Below, piece by piece: positions 39,858 to 52,810 of a stretch of 64,000 nucleotides of DNA (position 1 is its first letter; each line of letters begins with the position of its first letter). The stretch covers positions 186,001-250,000 of the forward strand of contig JBODTK010000110.1 in the NCBI GenBank assembly GCA_050613775.1, in the 5' to 3' direction. The notes under the pieces were generated by a model. It was not told the origin of the DNA and made no database searches. It worked only from the letters and a program-made list of their open reading frames with translations. The translations under genes and the position numbers were made by a program. Origin of the DNA: Neocallimastix sp. 'constans'. Lineage: Eukaryota.

Positions 39858-39898
<41 letters not shown>

Positions 39899-41782
39899 AA
39901 TAAAATAAAACCAAAAATAACAAAAAAAAAAAACATTCTTTTTTTTTATTTATTTATTTATTTTATATATATTATTTGCATTTTTTTTTTTTTAAATTAT
40001 ATTAAAATTTAATAACAAAAAAAAAATTTTTTTTTTTTTTGAGGGAAGGAAGTTTTTTTTTTTTTTTTTTTTTGTTAAATATTTTATTATATAATTTCTC
40101 ATTAATTTATTTTAATAAATTATTATTTTATTAAGGGATATTTTTTATCTGTCAACATTTAAAATAAATATAAAAAAAGGAAAAAAATATTTAAAAAATA
40201 TATGTATACTTATAAAATAATTTATATAATAAAAGTTTACAGAATTAAAACTATCTATATAATTATAATTTCAATATTATATGTTTTTTTTTTATAATTT
40301 AAAAAATAGATTATTATTTTATTATAAAAAAAAATAATAAATAAATAAATGAAGGTAAATTATATTTAAATTATAATATTATTTAAAATCCTTTTTTTTT
40401 TTTTTTTTTTTTTTTACTTTCATACTTGCTTTTTTAATTGAATTAATAAAACTTAATTAACTTCATAATATATTTATATGTAATATATATATAATATGTA
40501 TATTATTCTGTTAATTTTGTTCCTTTTTATTATTTCGAAAATCCAATTATTTTTTTTTTTTTTTTTTTTTTTAATTTTTGATATCTTAATTTTTTTGTTT
40601 TTTGATTTGTTTTTGTTTTTTATTTTGTTTTTCGTTTTTTGTTTTTATATTTTTTATGTATATATTTGTTTTTTTATATATATATTTGTTTTTATATATA
40701 TATATATATATTTATTATTTTTAATAATTTATTGAATTTTTAATAATTTTTATCAATCATATAAAAACCATGTAAAAAAACTGATTGATAATTAATATAG
40801 GATATAATTTTATTTTAAATTATAAAAAAGATAACCTATATAGTATTTTTAGTATAAAGAACATTACTTTTTATAAATTTAGCAATTTTATATTTCATGA
40901 TCCTCATACTATTTTCCCCATAAATTGATTTGATATTTATTAGCCTTTATATATAAAGATAGTATATAATATATATAATTTATATTACAAAGCTAAATTT
41001 AATATCTATATTATATTTTATATTGTTTTCTTGTTTTGTTTTAAAATTTGTTAATATATATATTTTTTTTCTAAATTATTTAGAATAAAAAATATTAAAA
41101 TATAAATAATTCATATACAAACGGTTATATAACTGATGTATAACTCCTTATCACCTAATATTGATATTATTTATATTTGTAGTATTGAAAGTTTATTAAA
41201 CTTTTAATATCATTGAAGAAAGTTTATTTTATTAATAAAATTTTAGCAAAATATTTCTTATTAATAAATATTTTGATTTCCTGTTTTATTGAAGTAATTA
41301 AGTAAAAATTTGAAAATAAATATTAGAAATTTTTTTTCTCATTGATTGTTTTATTTCCACTTCATTTTCTTCTTCTTTTTTTTTATATTTCTCTATTTGT
41401 CTATTTTAATTTATAATATACGTATAATACTTCTATTATTATATTATATAATATGTATAATCCTGAAATTTTATATATTAATAAATATTATATTTTAATA
41501 TTTTTTTTCTTTTATATTTATATAAAATATTGGAAGATTGCTAATTAAATTATATAAAAGAATAGTATTTTTTTTTTAATTTCATTTTAAATTATAAATT
41601 AAATAAAAAAGAAAATAAAAAAAAAAAGGCTGATTATGACTGAAATTTAAAATATAAAGTAAAAAATTTATAAATAACTTTAAAAATGGGATATTATTAG
41701 ATTTATTTATTGTTAATTTTATAATATGATGCTTATATATTAGTTATTATTTATTTAAATTTATTATTAATTTGGATAATGA

Positions 41783-44700
41783 TTATTTATTTTTATTGAA
41801 TGAAAGAAGAGATATTGGTTTCATTTTATCTAAAGTTTCATCATCATTAATATTTTTGACTTCTGTTGATAATATTTCACCATCAGCATTCTTTCTTATA
41901 ACCGTTCTTCTTACTTTAGTTGAAACATGATTAGAATCTTTAGTAAGATTACTTAATCCTGTACTACCAATTAATGAACTTGTTTGGCTTTCAATATCAT
42001 CAATAGAACCTTCAATAGTTTTAGTATCAACTACATCACCATTCTTATTTTTAATAACGATAGTACGGGTTACCTTAGTATTAGAAAGCGAATTATCATC
42101 AGGTAATGCCTTAACTTCTAAAACTTTTCCTGATGGTGATTTTCTAACTATCTTCTTAACAACCTTTACTTTGCAAGTAGAAGTAGTGGTTTCCTTATTA
42201 GTTCCTGGAATAACCTTTTTAGTGGAAGATACAGTTATAGTTGGTGAAGCCGATTTAGTTTCAACCTTTTTCACTTCAGTTTTCTTTGGAGCAACTTCTT
42301 TAACCTCTCTAGCAACTACGGTATTTTTAGCTTCGTCTTTTTTGGGAGCAACATCCTTAACTTCTTTAGTTACAACTTCACCCTTTGTTGAAGATCCACC
42401 CTTAACTTGTTTGGAAACAATAGTACGTTTACCTGTCTTTGGATCGATGACTACTTCTTCAACTTCTTCAATTTCTTCAACTTCATCATATTGTCCATCC
42501 TTTGGAGCATCACCCTTAACTTGTCTAGATACAACTGTTTGCTTACCAGTAACTGGATCAATTTCAATTTCTTCAACTTCTTCAACTACAACTGTTTCTG
42601 GTTCTGATTGTTTTGAACCTAATTTCTTAGTAATAATCTTTTTGGTTGTAGTAGTAGTGGTCTTCTTTGAAGAGGTTGATTTCTTTGGTTCAGCTGGAGT
42701 TGGGACGGCAGCTTCTCTTGGTTTAGATTCAACCGTTGTTGGAGCAACAGCTTCTCTTGGTTGAGATTCAACCTTTGGTTTTGGTTCTCCATCCTTAACT
42801 TTTCTTGAAACAATAGTACGTTTACCAGTCTTTGGATCCACAATTTCTTCAATTTCTTCAATTTCTTCAATTTCTTCAACTTCATCATAGTTTCCATCCT
42901 TTGGAGCATCACCCTTAACTTGTCTAGATACAACTGTTTGCTTACCAGTAACTGGATCAATTTCGATTTCTTCAACTTCTTCAACTACAACTGTTTCTGG
43001 TTCTGATTGTTTTGAACCTGATTTCTTAGTAATGACTTTCTTGGTTGTAGTAGCAGAAGTCTTCTTTGAAGAGATCGATTTCTTTGGTTCAACTGGAGTT
43101 GAGACGGCAGCTTCTCTTGGTTTAGATTCAACTGGAGTTGGAGCAACGGCTTCTCTTGGTTGAGATTCAACCTTTGGTTTTGGTTCTCCATCCTTAACTT
43201 TTCTTGAAACAATAGTACGTTTACCAGTCTTTGGATCCACAATTTCTTCAATTTCTTCAATTTCTTCAACCTCTTCAACCATTTCGTACTGACCATCCTT
43301 TGGAGCATCACCCTTAACTTGTCTTGAAACAACAGTACGTTTACCAGTAACTGGATCAATTACAATTTCTTCAACTTCTTCAACAACTACAACCTCAGTT
43401 TCTGGTTGCTTAGAAGTAGATTTTTTAGTAATAACCTTCTTTGTAGAGGTTGATTTCTTTGGTTCAGCTGGAGTTGGAGCAGCAGCTTCTCTTGGTTTAG
43501 ATTCAACTGGAGTTGGAGCAACAGCTTCTCTTGGTTGAGATTCAACCTTTGGTTTTGGTTCTCCATCCTTAACTTTTCTTGAAACAATAGTACGTTTACC
43601 AGTCTTTGGATCCACAATTTCTTCAATTTCTTCAATTTCTTCAATTTCTTCAACTTCATCATAGTTTCCATCCTTTGGAGCATCACCCTTAACTTGTCTA
43701 GAAACAACTGTTTGCTTACCAGTAACTGGATCAATTACAATTTCTTCAACTTCTTCAACAACTACAACCTCAGTTTCTGGTTGCTTAGAAGTAGATTTCT
43801 TAGTAATAACTTTCTTTATAGAGGTGGATTTCTTTGGTTCAGCTGGAGTTGGAGCAGCAGCTTCTCTTGGAGCAGCTTCAACCTTTGGTTCTTGTTTCTT
43901 TGATTCTGAAACAGGAGCGACAGCTTCCTTTGGTTTAGCTTCAACCTTTGGTTCTGGAACTGGAGCAGCAGCTTCCTTTGGTTCAGCTTCAACCTTTGGT
44001 TCTGGAACTGGAGCAGCAGCTTCCTTTGGCTTAGCTTCAACCTTTGGTTCTGGAACTGGAGCAGCAGCTTCCTTTGGTTCAGCTTCAACCTTTGGTTCTG
44101 GAACTGGAGCAGCAGCTTCCTTTGGCTTAGCTTCAACCTTTGGTTCTGGAACTGGAGCAGCAGCTTCCTTTGGCTTAGCTTCAACCTTTGGTTCGTGCTT
44201 CTTCTTTGAAGCCTTCTTAGACTTCTTTGATTCAGTCTCTGGTGTTTGCGTTGGAACTGGAGCAGCAGCTTCAACCTTTGATTCTTCCTTCTTTGGAGTT
44301 GGAACGGCAGCCTCTCTTGGAGCTGCTTCATCCTTTGGTTCTTCCTTCTTCTTAGTATCCTTCTTAGACTTCTTCTTCTTCTTTAATTCAGCCTTTTTAC
44401 CTGGAGTTGAAGTCGGAACAACAGCTTCCTTTGGCTTAGCTTCATCTTCGGGAAGTTCAAGATCTCTTGGACCAGCTTCTATGTTATCTTCTGGTTTTTT
44501 ATCTTCGGGAAGTTCAAGATCTCTTGGACCAGCTTCTATGTTATCCTCTGGTTTTTCATCTTCGGGAAGTTCAAGATCTCTTGGACCAGCTTCTATGTTA
44601 TCCTCTGGTTTTTCATCTTCCTTTTGTTTAGTAATATATGTATCTGAAACCACAACAGTATTCTTATTTTCTGGTAGGGCAATTTCATTAGTAACTTGAG

Positions 44701-46984
44701 TAATATTAATGGTATCAGTAACCTTATTTTTTTTTAATTCATCTAATTCTTCTGGGAAGTAACCTTCACTCTTCAAGTCATTTTCATTATAGCTAGCATT
44801 CTCATCTGTGTATGGCTCTTGTTGATCCATATACATACCATCGTAAACATCAACATCTTCAAACAAATCATCATGGAAGTTATCATCAATAACGCCGTTA
44901 TAATTGTATGGATCTGCGTCATCAATACCAAAGGTATTCTTATTATATTGGAAGTCTTCAAAGTCCATTGAAATTGAAGAAGCAATAGAACGACGTCTAG
45001 ACAATCTTCTATGACCAGATGGAGTTTCAGAAGTAATAGATGCGTTAGATTCAGACTTCTTTCTACGAAGGTCTGGTAAATAAGAGAAACCGTAAAGATC
45101 ATAATTATCAAGATCAGCTTCAGATTCTTGAGTTTCACTCAAGTAACTACTTGGTTCATGTACAAAGGATTGATTTTCTGATCCATATTCAGAGGCAACT
45201 TCATAAGTTGGCTTTTCAGATATGTTACCATATTCAGTAAAGTTTCCATTAACAGGATCATATTTATAAGTATCAGTACCTGGGAATTCTGGAGCATCCC
45301 TAGTAGTGTTATATAAGGCATTAACTCTAATACCTGGAAGATTCATAAATAATCTGTCATTTTCTCTTTCTTCTTCCGTCATCTTTTCTCTATGAGGTTT
45401 AAAACCACTAAGTTCACCAAAGTTCCATCCAATCTTATAGGTAGAAAAGTCATCCACTGGGGCAGGATTGAAAGAATAATCATTATATTCAATATTCTTC
45501 ATATCTTCATCATCAACTTCTTCTTCATAAACAGCAATATTTTCTGGTTCATTTTGTTTATTATCATAAGCTTCCATAATATCATGAATATGTGGTGGCT
45601 TTGGATAATCAACAAAAGTAAATGGTTCTTCTCTTGGTTGATCATGATGTTCTGGAGGAGTAACCACCTCAAAGTTTGGATATGATTGAGATTGAGAGAA
45701 GTCTTCCACTGGATGATTATAATAATCATTAGGTGGTGGTGGTGGGGCTTGCCAAGCATTATCAGTTGGATGCCAAGTTGACCAAGACTCCCAAACAGGT
45801 TGTGGTTCCGGTTCTGGTGGTGGTGGTGGTGGAACATAAACTGGTGGTGGTGGTGGTGGATGATATTCTTGTTGGGGTGGATGATATTCTTGTGGTGGTG
45901 GATGATATTCTTGTTGGGGTGGATGATACTCTTGTGGTGGTGGATGATATTCTTGATGATATTCTTGATGATATTCTTGATGATATTCTTGATGATATTC
46001 TTGTGGTGGTGGATGATATTCTTGATGATATTCTTGATGATATTCTTGTGGTGGTGGATGATATTCTTGATGGTATTCTTGTTGTGGTGGGTGATATTCT
46101 TCTTGTTTATTATTCCATTGTGGTTCTGGTGGAGGAGTTGGTGGTACATATTCAACTCTCTTGTAACCATTGTTTTTAAAAGTATCAAAATCATCACGAA
46201 TATTCCACCATTGTAAAGCTAATTCCTTAAATTGATGAGAAGTAAAACCTCTTGGCATAATTTTTCCATCAGCAAAACGTAAGTTCCAATTCCATGGCTT
46301 TTCAGGACCAATGAAATGAACAACTCTAATATTACTCATGTATTCAGCATAAGCTGGTGCATACGAATAATAAGCAGAAGGAGTAACGTTGAAAGTGAAA
46401 GAAAGACGGCCATAGGAAGTATTAGCCCAATTCTTAAAGTAACGGTTTAATAAACCTTGATCAGCACCATCGAAACTACCAGCAGAAAGAGCTAATGCCT
46501 TTAAATTAGTATAGGTTTCAACAGATGGCTTACAAGCAAATAAACCAGAGTTGAAGTTATCTGGCCATCCGGTATCTGGAGCAGCTGCAAATACTTCGGA
46601 GTTTACCATGGTATCAGCTCTTTCTAAGCGTTCAAATAATTCATCAATATTTCTTAAAACCATGGCATCAGCATCAATGAAAACAACATAACGGTATTGT
46701 AATAAATTCCAAATGTGAATTTTAGTAAGAGTTACACCTAATTCTGGTCTTCCTAAAAGACTTAAATTAGCTGTATCAAAAGAATTAAATGGTTCAACAG
46801 TAATCAATTCATCATATAAATGTCCTGGGTCTAAAAGATATTCCTTACTTCCAGAAGATAATTCTGGAGTAATCATACAAACAATTTTCTTGTTTGTTCC
46901 ACTAAGTCTTAAAGAGTGTGCTAATGTAACAGCCCCAGAGACATAGTTATCAGAAGTAACTAATGTAACATAAGCATCAGTCAT
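41783..46984 (-). CDS. GLG: Glycogenin (GT8 glycogenin glucosyltransferase) with a ~1450-aa repetitive C-terminal extension, 1733 aa
   Basis: N-terminal ~265 aa carry glycogenin motifs: AYVTL..DNY..GA.TLAHSL, RPELGVTLTKIHIW, FIDAD (DxD), AAPDTGWPDNFNSG, GSFDGADQGLLN, YSYAPAY (autoglucosylated Tyr position) and HFIGPEKPW. Long uninterrupted ORF. Confidence 0.93.
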   Translation of the reverse strand: MTDAYVTLVTSDNYVSGAVTLAHSLRLSGTNKKIVCMITPELSSGSKEYLLDPGHLYDELITVEPFNSFDTANLSLLGRPELGVTLTKIHIWNLLQYRYVVFIDADAMVLRNIDELFERLERADTMVNSEVFAAAPDTGWPDNFNSGLFACKPSVETYTNLKALALSAGSFDGADQGLLNRYFKNWANTSYGRLSFTFNVTPSAYYSYAPAYAEYMSNIRVVHFIGPEKPWNWNLRFADGKIMPRGFTSHQFKELALQWWNIRDDFDTFKNNGYKRVEYVPPTPPPEPQWNNKQEEYHPPQQEYHQEYHPPPQEYHQEYHQEYHPPPQEYHQEYHQEYHQEYHQEYHPPPQEYHPPQQEYHPPPQEYHPPQQEYHPPPPPPVYVPPPPPPEPEPQPVWESWSTWHPTDNAWQAPPPPPNDYYNHPVEDFSQSQSYPNFEVVTPPEHHDQPREEPFTFVDYPKPPHIHDIMEAYDNKQNEPENIAVYEEEVDDEDMKNIEYNDYSFNPAPVDDFSTYKIGWNFGELSGFKPHREKMTEEERENDRLFMNLPGIRVNALYNTTRDAPEFPGTDTYKYDPVNGNFTEYGNISEKPTYEVASEYGSENQSFVHEPSSYLSETQESEADLDNYDLYGFSYLPDLRRKKSESNASITSETPSGHRRLSRRRSIASSISMDFEDFQYNKNTFGIDDADPYNYNGVIDDNFHDDLFEDVDVYDGMYMDQQEPYTDENASYNENDLKSEGYFPEELDELKKNKVTDTINITQVTNEIALPENKNTVVVSDTYITKQKEDEKPEDNIEAGPRDLELPEDEKPEDNIEAGPRDLELPEDKKPEDNIEAGPRDLELPEDEAKPKEAVVPTSTPGKKAELKKKKKSKKDTKKKEEPKDEAAPREAAVPTPKKEESKVEAAAPVPTQTPETESKKSKKASKKKHEPKVEAKPKEAAAPVPEPKVEAKPKEAAAPVPEPKVEAEPKEAAAPVPEPKVEAKPKEAAAPVPEPKVEAEPKEAAAPVPEPKVEAKPKEAVAPVSESKKQEPKVEAAPREAAAPTPAEPKKSTSIKKVITKKSTSKQPETEVVVVEEVEEIVIDPVTGKQTVVSRQVKGDAPKDGNYDEVEEIEEIEEIEEIVDPKTGKRTIVSRKVKDGEPKPKVESQPREAVAPTPVESKPREAAAPTPAEPKKSTSTKKVITKKSTSKQPETEVVVVEEVEEIVIDPVTGKRTVVSRQVKGDAPKDGQYEMVEEVEEIEEIEEIVDPKTGKRTIVSRKVKDGEPKPKVESQPREAVAPTPVESKPREAAVSTPVEPKKSISSKKTSATTTKKVITKKSGSKQSEPETVVVEEVEEIEIDPVTGKQTVVSRQVKGDAPKDGNYDEVEEIEEIEEIEEIVDPKTGKRTIVSRKVKDGEPKPKVESQPREAVAPTTVESKPREAAVPTPAEPKKSTSSKKTTTTTTKKIITKKLGSKQSEPETVVVEEVEEIEIDPVTGKQTVVSRQVKGDAPKDGQYDEVEEIEEVEEVVIDPKTGKRTIVSKQVKGGSSTKGEVVTKEVKDVAPKKDEAKNTVVAREVKEVAPKKTEVKKVETKSASPTITVSSTKKVIPGTNKETTTSTCKVKVVKKIVRKSPSGKVLEVKALPDDNSLSNTKVTRTIVIKNKNGDVVDTKTIEGSIDDIESQTSSLIGSTGLSNLTKDSNHVSTKVRRTVIRKNADGEILSTEVKNINDDETLDKMKPISLLSFNKNK
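42390..43870 (-). repeat. Four ~375-bp coding tandem repeats in glycogenin
   Basis: Each unit: PAEPKKS..KKVITKK..ETVVVEEVEEI.IDPVTGK.TVVSRQVKGDAPKDG.Y..VEEIEE..IVDPKTGKRTIVSRKVK, with near-identical DNA. Confidence 0.9.
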
Positions 46985-49147
46985 TTTTTTTTTTTTTTGT
47001 TTTTTAATTTTTTTTTTAAAAAAAAAAAAGATGATAAGTTATTTAACACAACTAAAACCTAAAAATATACTATTTTGATTTTAAAATAAATTTAAAAATA
47101 AAATAAAATAAAATAAAATTAGAAATTAATAAATTCATACTTTTAAATATTTAATTATTTACTTTATATTCAATAAACTAAATTATTAATATATTTCTTT
47201 AATTAATTTATTATTTAAAAATAGCCATTATTATTATTATCTTTAATGTTACTTTTTTATTATTTCATAAAAATTATTTTTCTAAATATATTTAATTATT
47301 AACATGATACAATATAATTGTTTTTTTATAATATTTAATTTACTAAATAAATCAAATTATATCTATATAATATATATATTTTATAAAAATTATTTTACTA
47401 AATATATTTAATTATTAACATGATACAATGTAATTGTATTTTATAATATTTAATTTACTACACAAATCAAATTATATTTATATATTATAAAATTTTTATT
47501 TAATAAATAAATATTTATAAACAATTATAATTTATCTTTTTATACTATTAAAATAATTTTATTACCTTTTTTATATATAAAATTTAATTAATAAGAATGA
47601 TATTTTTTCCCTCTAAATTAGACTTTTTTGCTTTTTCTTTACTTGTAAAGTCTATTTATCTAAAAAAAAAATAATACTAATAAGTATTTTTTTTATTAAT
47701 TATATATATATTAATTAAATTAGTATTTACAAAAATTTCTTTTTTTTTCTTTTTTTAATATTTTTTTATTTTTTTTTTTTGTAAAGAAAAAAAAAATAGG
47801 TTTTTTCGATATTTATATAAAAATAAAAAAATTTTTTTTTATGTTATTAAATATACAAATTAAAAATTATTTACTATATAATATTTATATATATATATTA
47901 TATTAATATAAAATTATATATATCTATATAAATTGAATATATTTTAATATATTATAATTTACTAATTTTTTAAAATAATTTACAATAATAAATGATACAT
48001 AAATTTAAATATCATTTGTGTTACTGTAATTTTTTTTTACTTTTAAAGTTTTTACAGAAAATTTTTCTGTTATTAACTTATACCATTTTCTATCTATTAT
48101 TATAAATATATAAACTTTAAATTATAATAAATTTAAATTTATAATTTATCTTTTTATCAACTAAATTTATTAGACGTAAGTATTTTTATTTTTATCTATA
48201 AAAAAAATTCTATTCTTTCAATTTACAATTATTAATACAACACAATAAATAAATAAAAAAAAATATTAAATAAAAAGGTGATAAATAATATTTATCATAT
48301 TTCAACAACATTATCTTTCTTTTATTATCAAAAACAAAAAACAAATTAAAAAAAATATATATATATATAATTACCTATATTGATTTATATAATATTTATG
48401 TTCTTGTTTAATTGATAGAGTAAGATAAACCTACAATTTCCTTTAATATATATTTATATAAAACATTATTTAGTTAACTGATTTTTATATTAATTATAAA
48501 TATTTAAATAAATAACACTTACTAATATTTTATTTATATTTTTACTTTTAAATATAAATTGTAATATAAATATATATTTTTTTTTTTATTTTTTTATATT
48601 ATTTCAAAAAAATTTTAAATTATAATAATAAATTTTCTTTAAAACTTTTAAATAATAAAATTATTCTTTTTTTAATAAAGTTTTTTTTTTAAATTGGTAA
48701 CTACTATTATATATTTATTAAATATATCATAAATAGTTTTATACTACTTAAAAACAAATAAATATCTTTTAATATATTTTTAAATATATTTTATTTTTTA
48801 TAAAAAATAAAATTTACTTCAAACTTTGTTAATATTTATATTATTAATTATAAATATTTTATAAAATTAAAATAATAATAATTTAATTTATTTTTTTTTA
48901 AACAAACTATTAGTGAATATTATATACAAATATGCTTATTTTGTTTTGTTCAAATTATTTTATATATATATATATATATTTTTTTTTTACTATTTATTTC
49001 TTAAATAAAAAAAATTAAATTTCCCATTATTTCTTTTTTGGAAGTATTTACTCAAAGTAATTAATTTGTTTTTATTATTTACTTCCTTCCAATAAATTAT
49101 ATATTTAAATAATATAAACCTGGCAACTTTTTAAAAAAAGTGTAAGG

Positions 49148-49178
<31 letters not shown>

Positions 49179-50661
49179 AAAAGGTGTACTTTTATACAAC
49201 AAAAGAATTAAATAATATATGTATAATACAAAGCTTTAATTTAATTTTTATTATTTAAATTATATGTTTGATATATAATGTATTAAATTATTATATTTAC
49301 TTAAATAAAAAAGTTATTAGTAATATTATAAATAAAGAAGTTTTATAATTAAGCACTATATATTAAAAAAAATGATAATGATAATTATAAAAACTATAAT
49401 AATTATAAAAAAAAAAAAAAAAATAATAATAATAAAAATTATATAATTGTATAAAAAAAATTTTTTTGTTATTATGTTATATTTTTATTTTATTTTTTAT
49501 TTTTTTTTCTTTTTATTAATTAGATCGAAATTTTTTTTTTCTGTTAATTAATTTATCCTAAAATAAAATCAAAGATAAATGGTAATATTAATATATTATT
49601 TATATTGATTACATATATTATAAATTACTTCGCAATAAATAGAAAAATTTATCTTATAACAACTATTTAAATATAAATTTAATGTAATATTAACAGAATA
49701 TATAATATTATATATGTATCTATATTCCTATAATATATAGAAATATATTTTGAAATATACTATAATAAATTTAGTTATTATCTCAATATATATAATATTA
49801 ATATAATTTATCATTATAAACGGATATAATATGTCTCTAAAATATCCTTTCAAAATTTAATATATATAGTAACAATATATATTACATTGTAATAGTAATC
49901 TATTACAATTTATTTGTTTTCCTTGATACTAATATATATTGATTATATTATAAACAACAAAACTATTTATTTATTCTTTATTATTATTATATATTTTATA
50001 AAATTTACAATACAAATAATTTAAATAAGTTATATATAGTATTATTGATAATTAATTATTTCCTTTTTCTTATTAATTAAAAAAAGAAATAAAAATAAAA
50101 ATAAAAAAAATATTTAAAAATAAAAAAATTGAAAATTGAAAATACAAAAAAAAAAAAAAAAAAAAAAAAGATTTAATATTATTAAATATATTATAAAAAA
50201 AAGTTTTTTATTTCTTTATTTTTATTTCTTTTATAATTTTTAATTTTAAAAGGAAATCATATTAATTAAAAAATAGTAACAACAATAATAAAAAAAAAAT
50301 AATTAGGTTAAAATAATAATATATACTAAATATTTCTAATATTTATAATGAATAATAATAGTTAAATATAATTATTTGATGGAGAATAATACTAATAAAA
50401 AAAATAATAAAAAAAAGTATTAATAAAATAATAATAAAATAAAAAAAAAAAAATAACATAGTTATATAAATGATATAATTTAATTAAAAATAATATATAA
50501 TGTATAATATATAATAATAAAAATATAAATACTATGTGACAATAGTTATTACTTCTCTCTTCAGTTGAAGAGAAAAGTAATAATTAACTAATTGCTTAAA
50601 TTTAAAAAAATTATTAACAAATATAACTTTTAGTTAATCTATTATATAGAAGAAACGTTTT

Positions 50662-50698
<37 letters not shown>

Positions 50699-51450
50699 TA
50701 AAATAAATATATATAATGAATTGCTCTAGATTTTTAAACCGTCAAGCTTTTATCATATTAATATAACAGTAATCCAAAGATTAATATTACACTGATATAT
50801 TAGTAATTGCAAATCTCTTGAATATTTTTTTTTATAAAAATTTGTTTAAGTATTTTATATATCAATAACTAATAAATACATATTTTTTATATTAGTTATA
50901 TTTATTAGCAAATTAATAAATAAAAAATAAATAAATTTATATTTATATTTATAAAATATTAAATATAATTTCATTTAAAATATTTCATTATATCACTTCA
51001 TTATTTTAATAATTTTCATTTTTATTATATATGTTTTTTTTTCTATGTTCTTCTATACTTCTTTTCTTTAATAATGCTTTACTATGAATTTTTTTATAAA
51101 AAATAAAAAAAAAAAAAAAAAAAAAAAGCTACCGGGACCGAGGCTATTAAAATTTGAAATTTTTTAATTTATTAAAAAAAAAAACGTTTATTTAATATAT
51201 AATTATATATAATTAATAATAATATAATCATAATTTTTAATTTAAAAAAAAAAATTTTTTTCTTTATAAAATCAAAACTTTCAATAATTTGTTTTTTCCT
51301 TATACCTATAGAGCATTATAAATTAATATATTTAATTTTATTTTATTTTTTTATTTAAATATTTTTATCTTTTTCTTCATCTTATTAATCCTATATATAA
51401 ATATAAAAATAAAATAATTTTATTAAGCTATTAAACAAAAGAAGCAAAGA

Positions 51451-51487
<37 letters not shown>

Positions 51488-51583
51488 TATATTTAGCTAT
51501 TTAAGCATTCAATAAAGAATTAATAAAAAATTAATTAAACCATAAATTAAAGTATTATTAATAAAAAAACAATAAACTTATAT

Positions 51584-51619
<36 letters not shown>

Positions 51620-52633
51620 AAATATTATTAGTATTATTATTATACTGTATCAATATACTTTATCTTGACTGAACATCTATTATTTTATTAATAAATTAAT
51701 AATTCTTTTTTTTTTTTTTTTTGATTTATTTATTTTTATTTTTATTTTTATTTATTCTTCTTTCTTTGTTTATCATTTACCTATCAGAAAATCAATTAAA
51801 AATAGAGTAATAATATTTTTCATTTTATAAAATATATTTAATGATCTATTTTATTTTTTTTTTTAAAGTGAAGTAATATACAAGATTTATTAAATTATAT
51901 ATGATATTAAGCTTGTTTCAATATTATCATTCCTATTAATTATTTTTATTATTTTTATTTTATTATTATTGTTGTTGTTGTTATTATTATATTGTTGTTA
52001 TTGTTATTATTATTATTATTATTATTTATTAATTATTTATTATTAATTATTAATAATCATATCATTATTAATTAAATATTTCTTCTTTTTATTTTTTTTA
52101 TTTATTAAAAAGTAAACAAAAACTAAATATGACTATTTATATCAATAGGTAATCAATTTTTTAAATAACATTTATTTTAATTATAATTATAATTCCTTTT
52201 TTTTTTTTTTATTATTTATTTATTTATTTTTTATATCTAATAATTAATTTATTTAATTGAAATGAGAAAATCACCATAACAATTATATAAAAAAATTTAA
52301 AATAAATAATTAAAAGAAAGCTGTTATAATATATATATAAACGTATGTATAAAGAATATATTTGAGCTAAAAAGAATATAATTGAAGTCAAAGTCATTTA
52401 GAATAATTAATTAATTAAAATTAATTCTTTGTATTCACATCAAAATGAAATAAAACATAAAAAAAAATTTTAAAGAAAGAAATTAATAAATATATTTAAT
52501 AATTTCTATTTTAAATTTAAATATTCATTGAGACAGTTCATTAATGTCATTACTTTATATCGTAATATTATATATGTTATTATTTATTATTATTACTAAT
52601 AATTATAATTATTATTTATTAGAGGTGTTATTA

Positions 52634-52666
<33 letters not shown>

Positions 52667-52779
52667 TAAATGTTGTTATTAAGTATTATTTCGTTTATTA
52701 AAAATTAATGAGCTGAAATATAATTATGAAATAGAATAATTTATTATTAATTTGATAATATCATTAAGTAATATGAAAC

Positions 52780-52810
<31 letters not shown>

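Noticed and set aside
42171..46216. Antisense and alternative-frame ORFs over glycogenin (e.g. 43824..44699 +, 45499..46197 -)
   Set aside because: Shadows of repetitive coding sequence.
47059..47565. 5' UTR intron of glycogenin (contains a ~95-bp local duplication)
   Set aside because: GT/AG borders are plausible but cannot be supported without transcript data.
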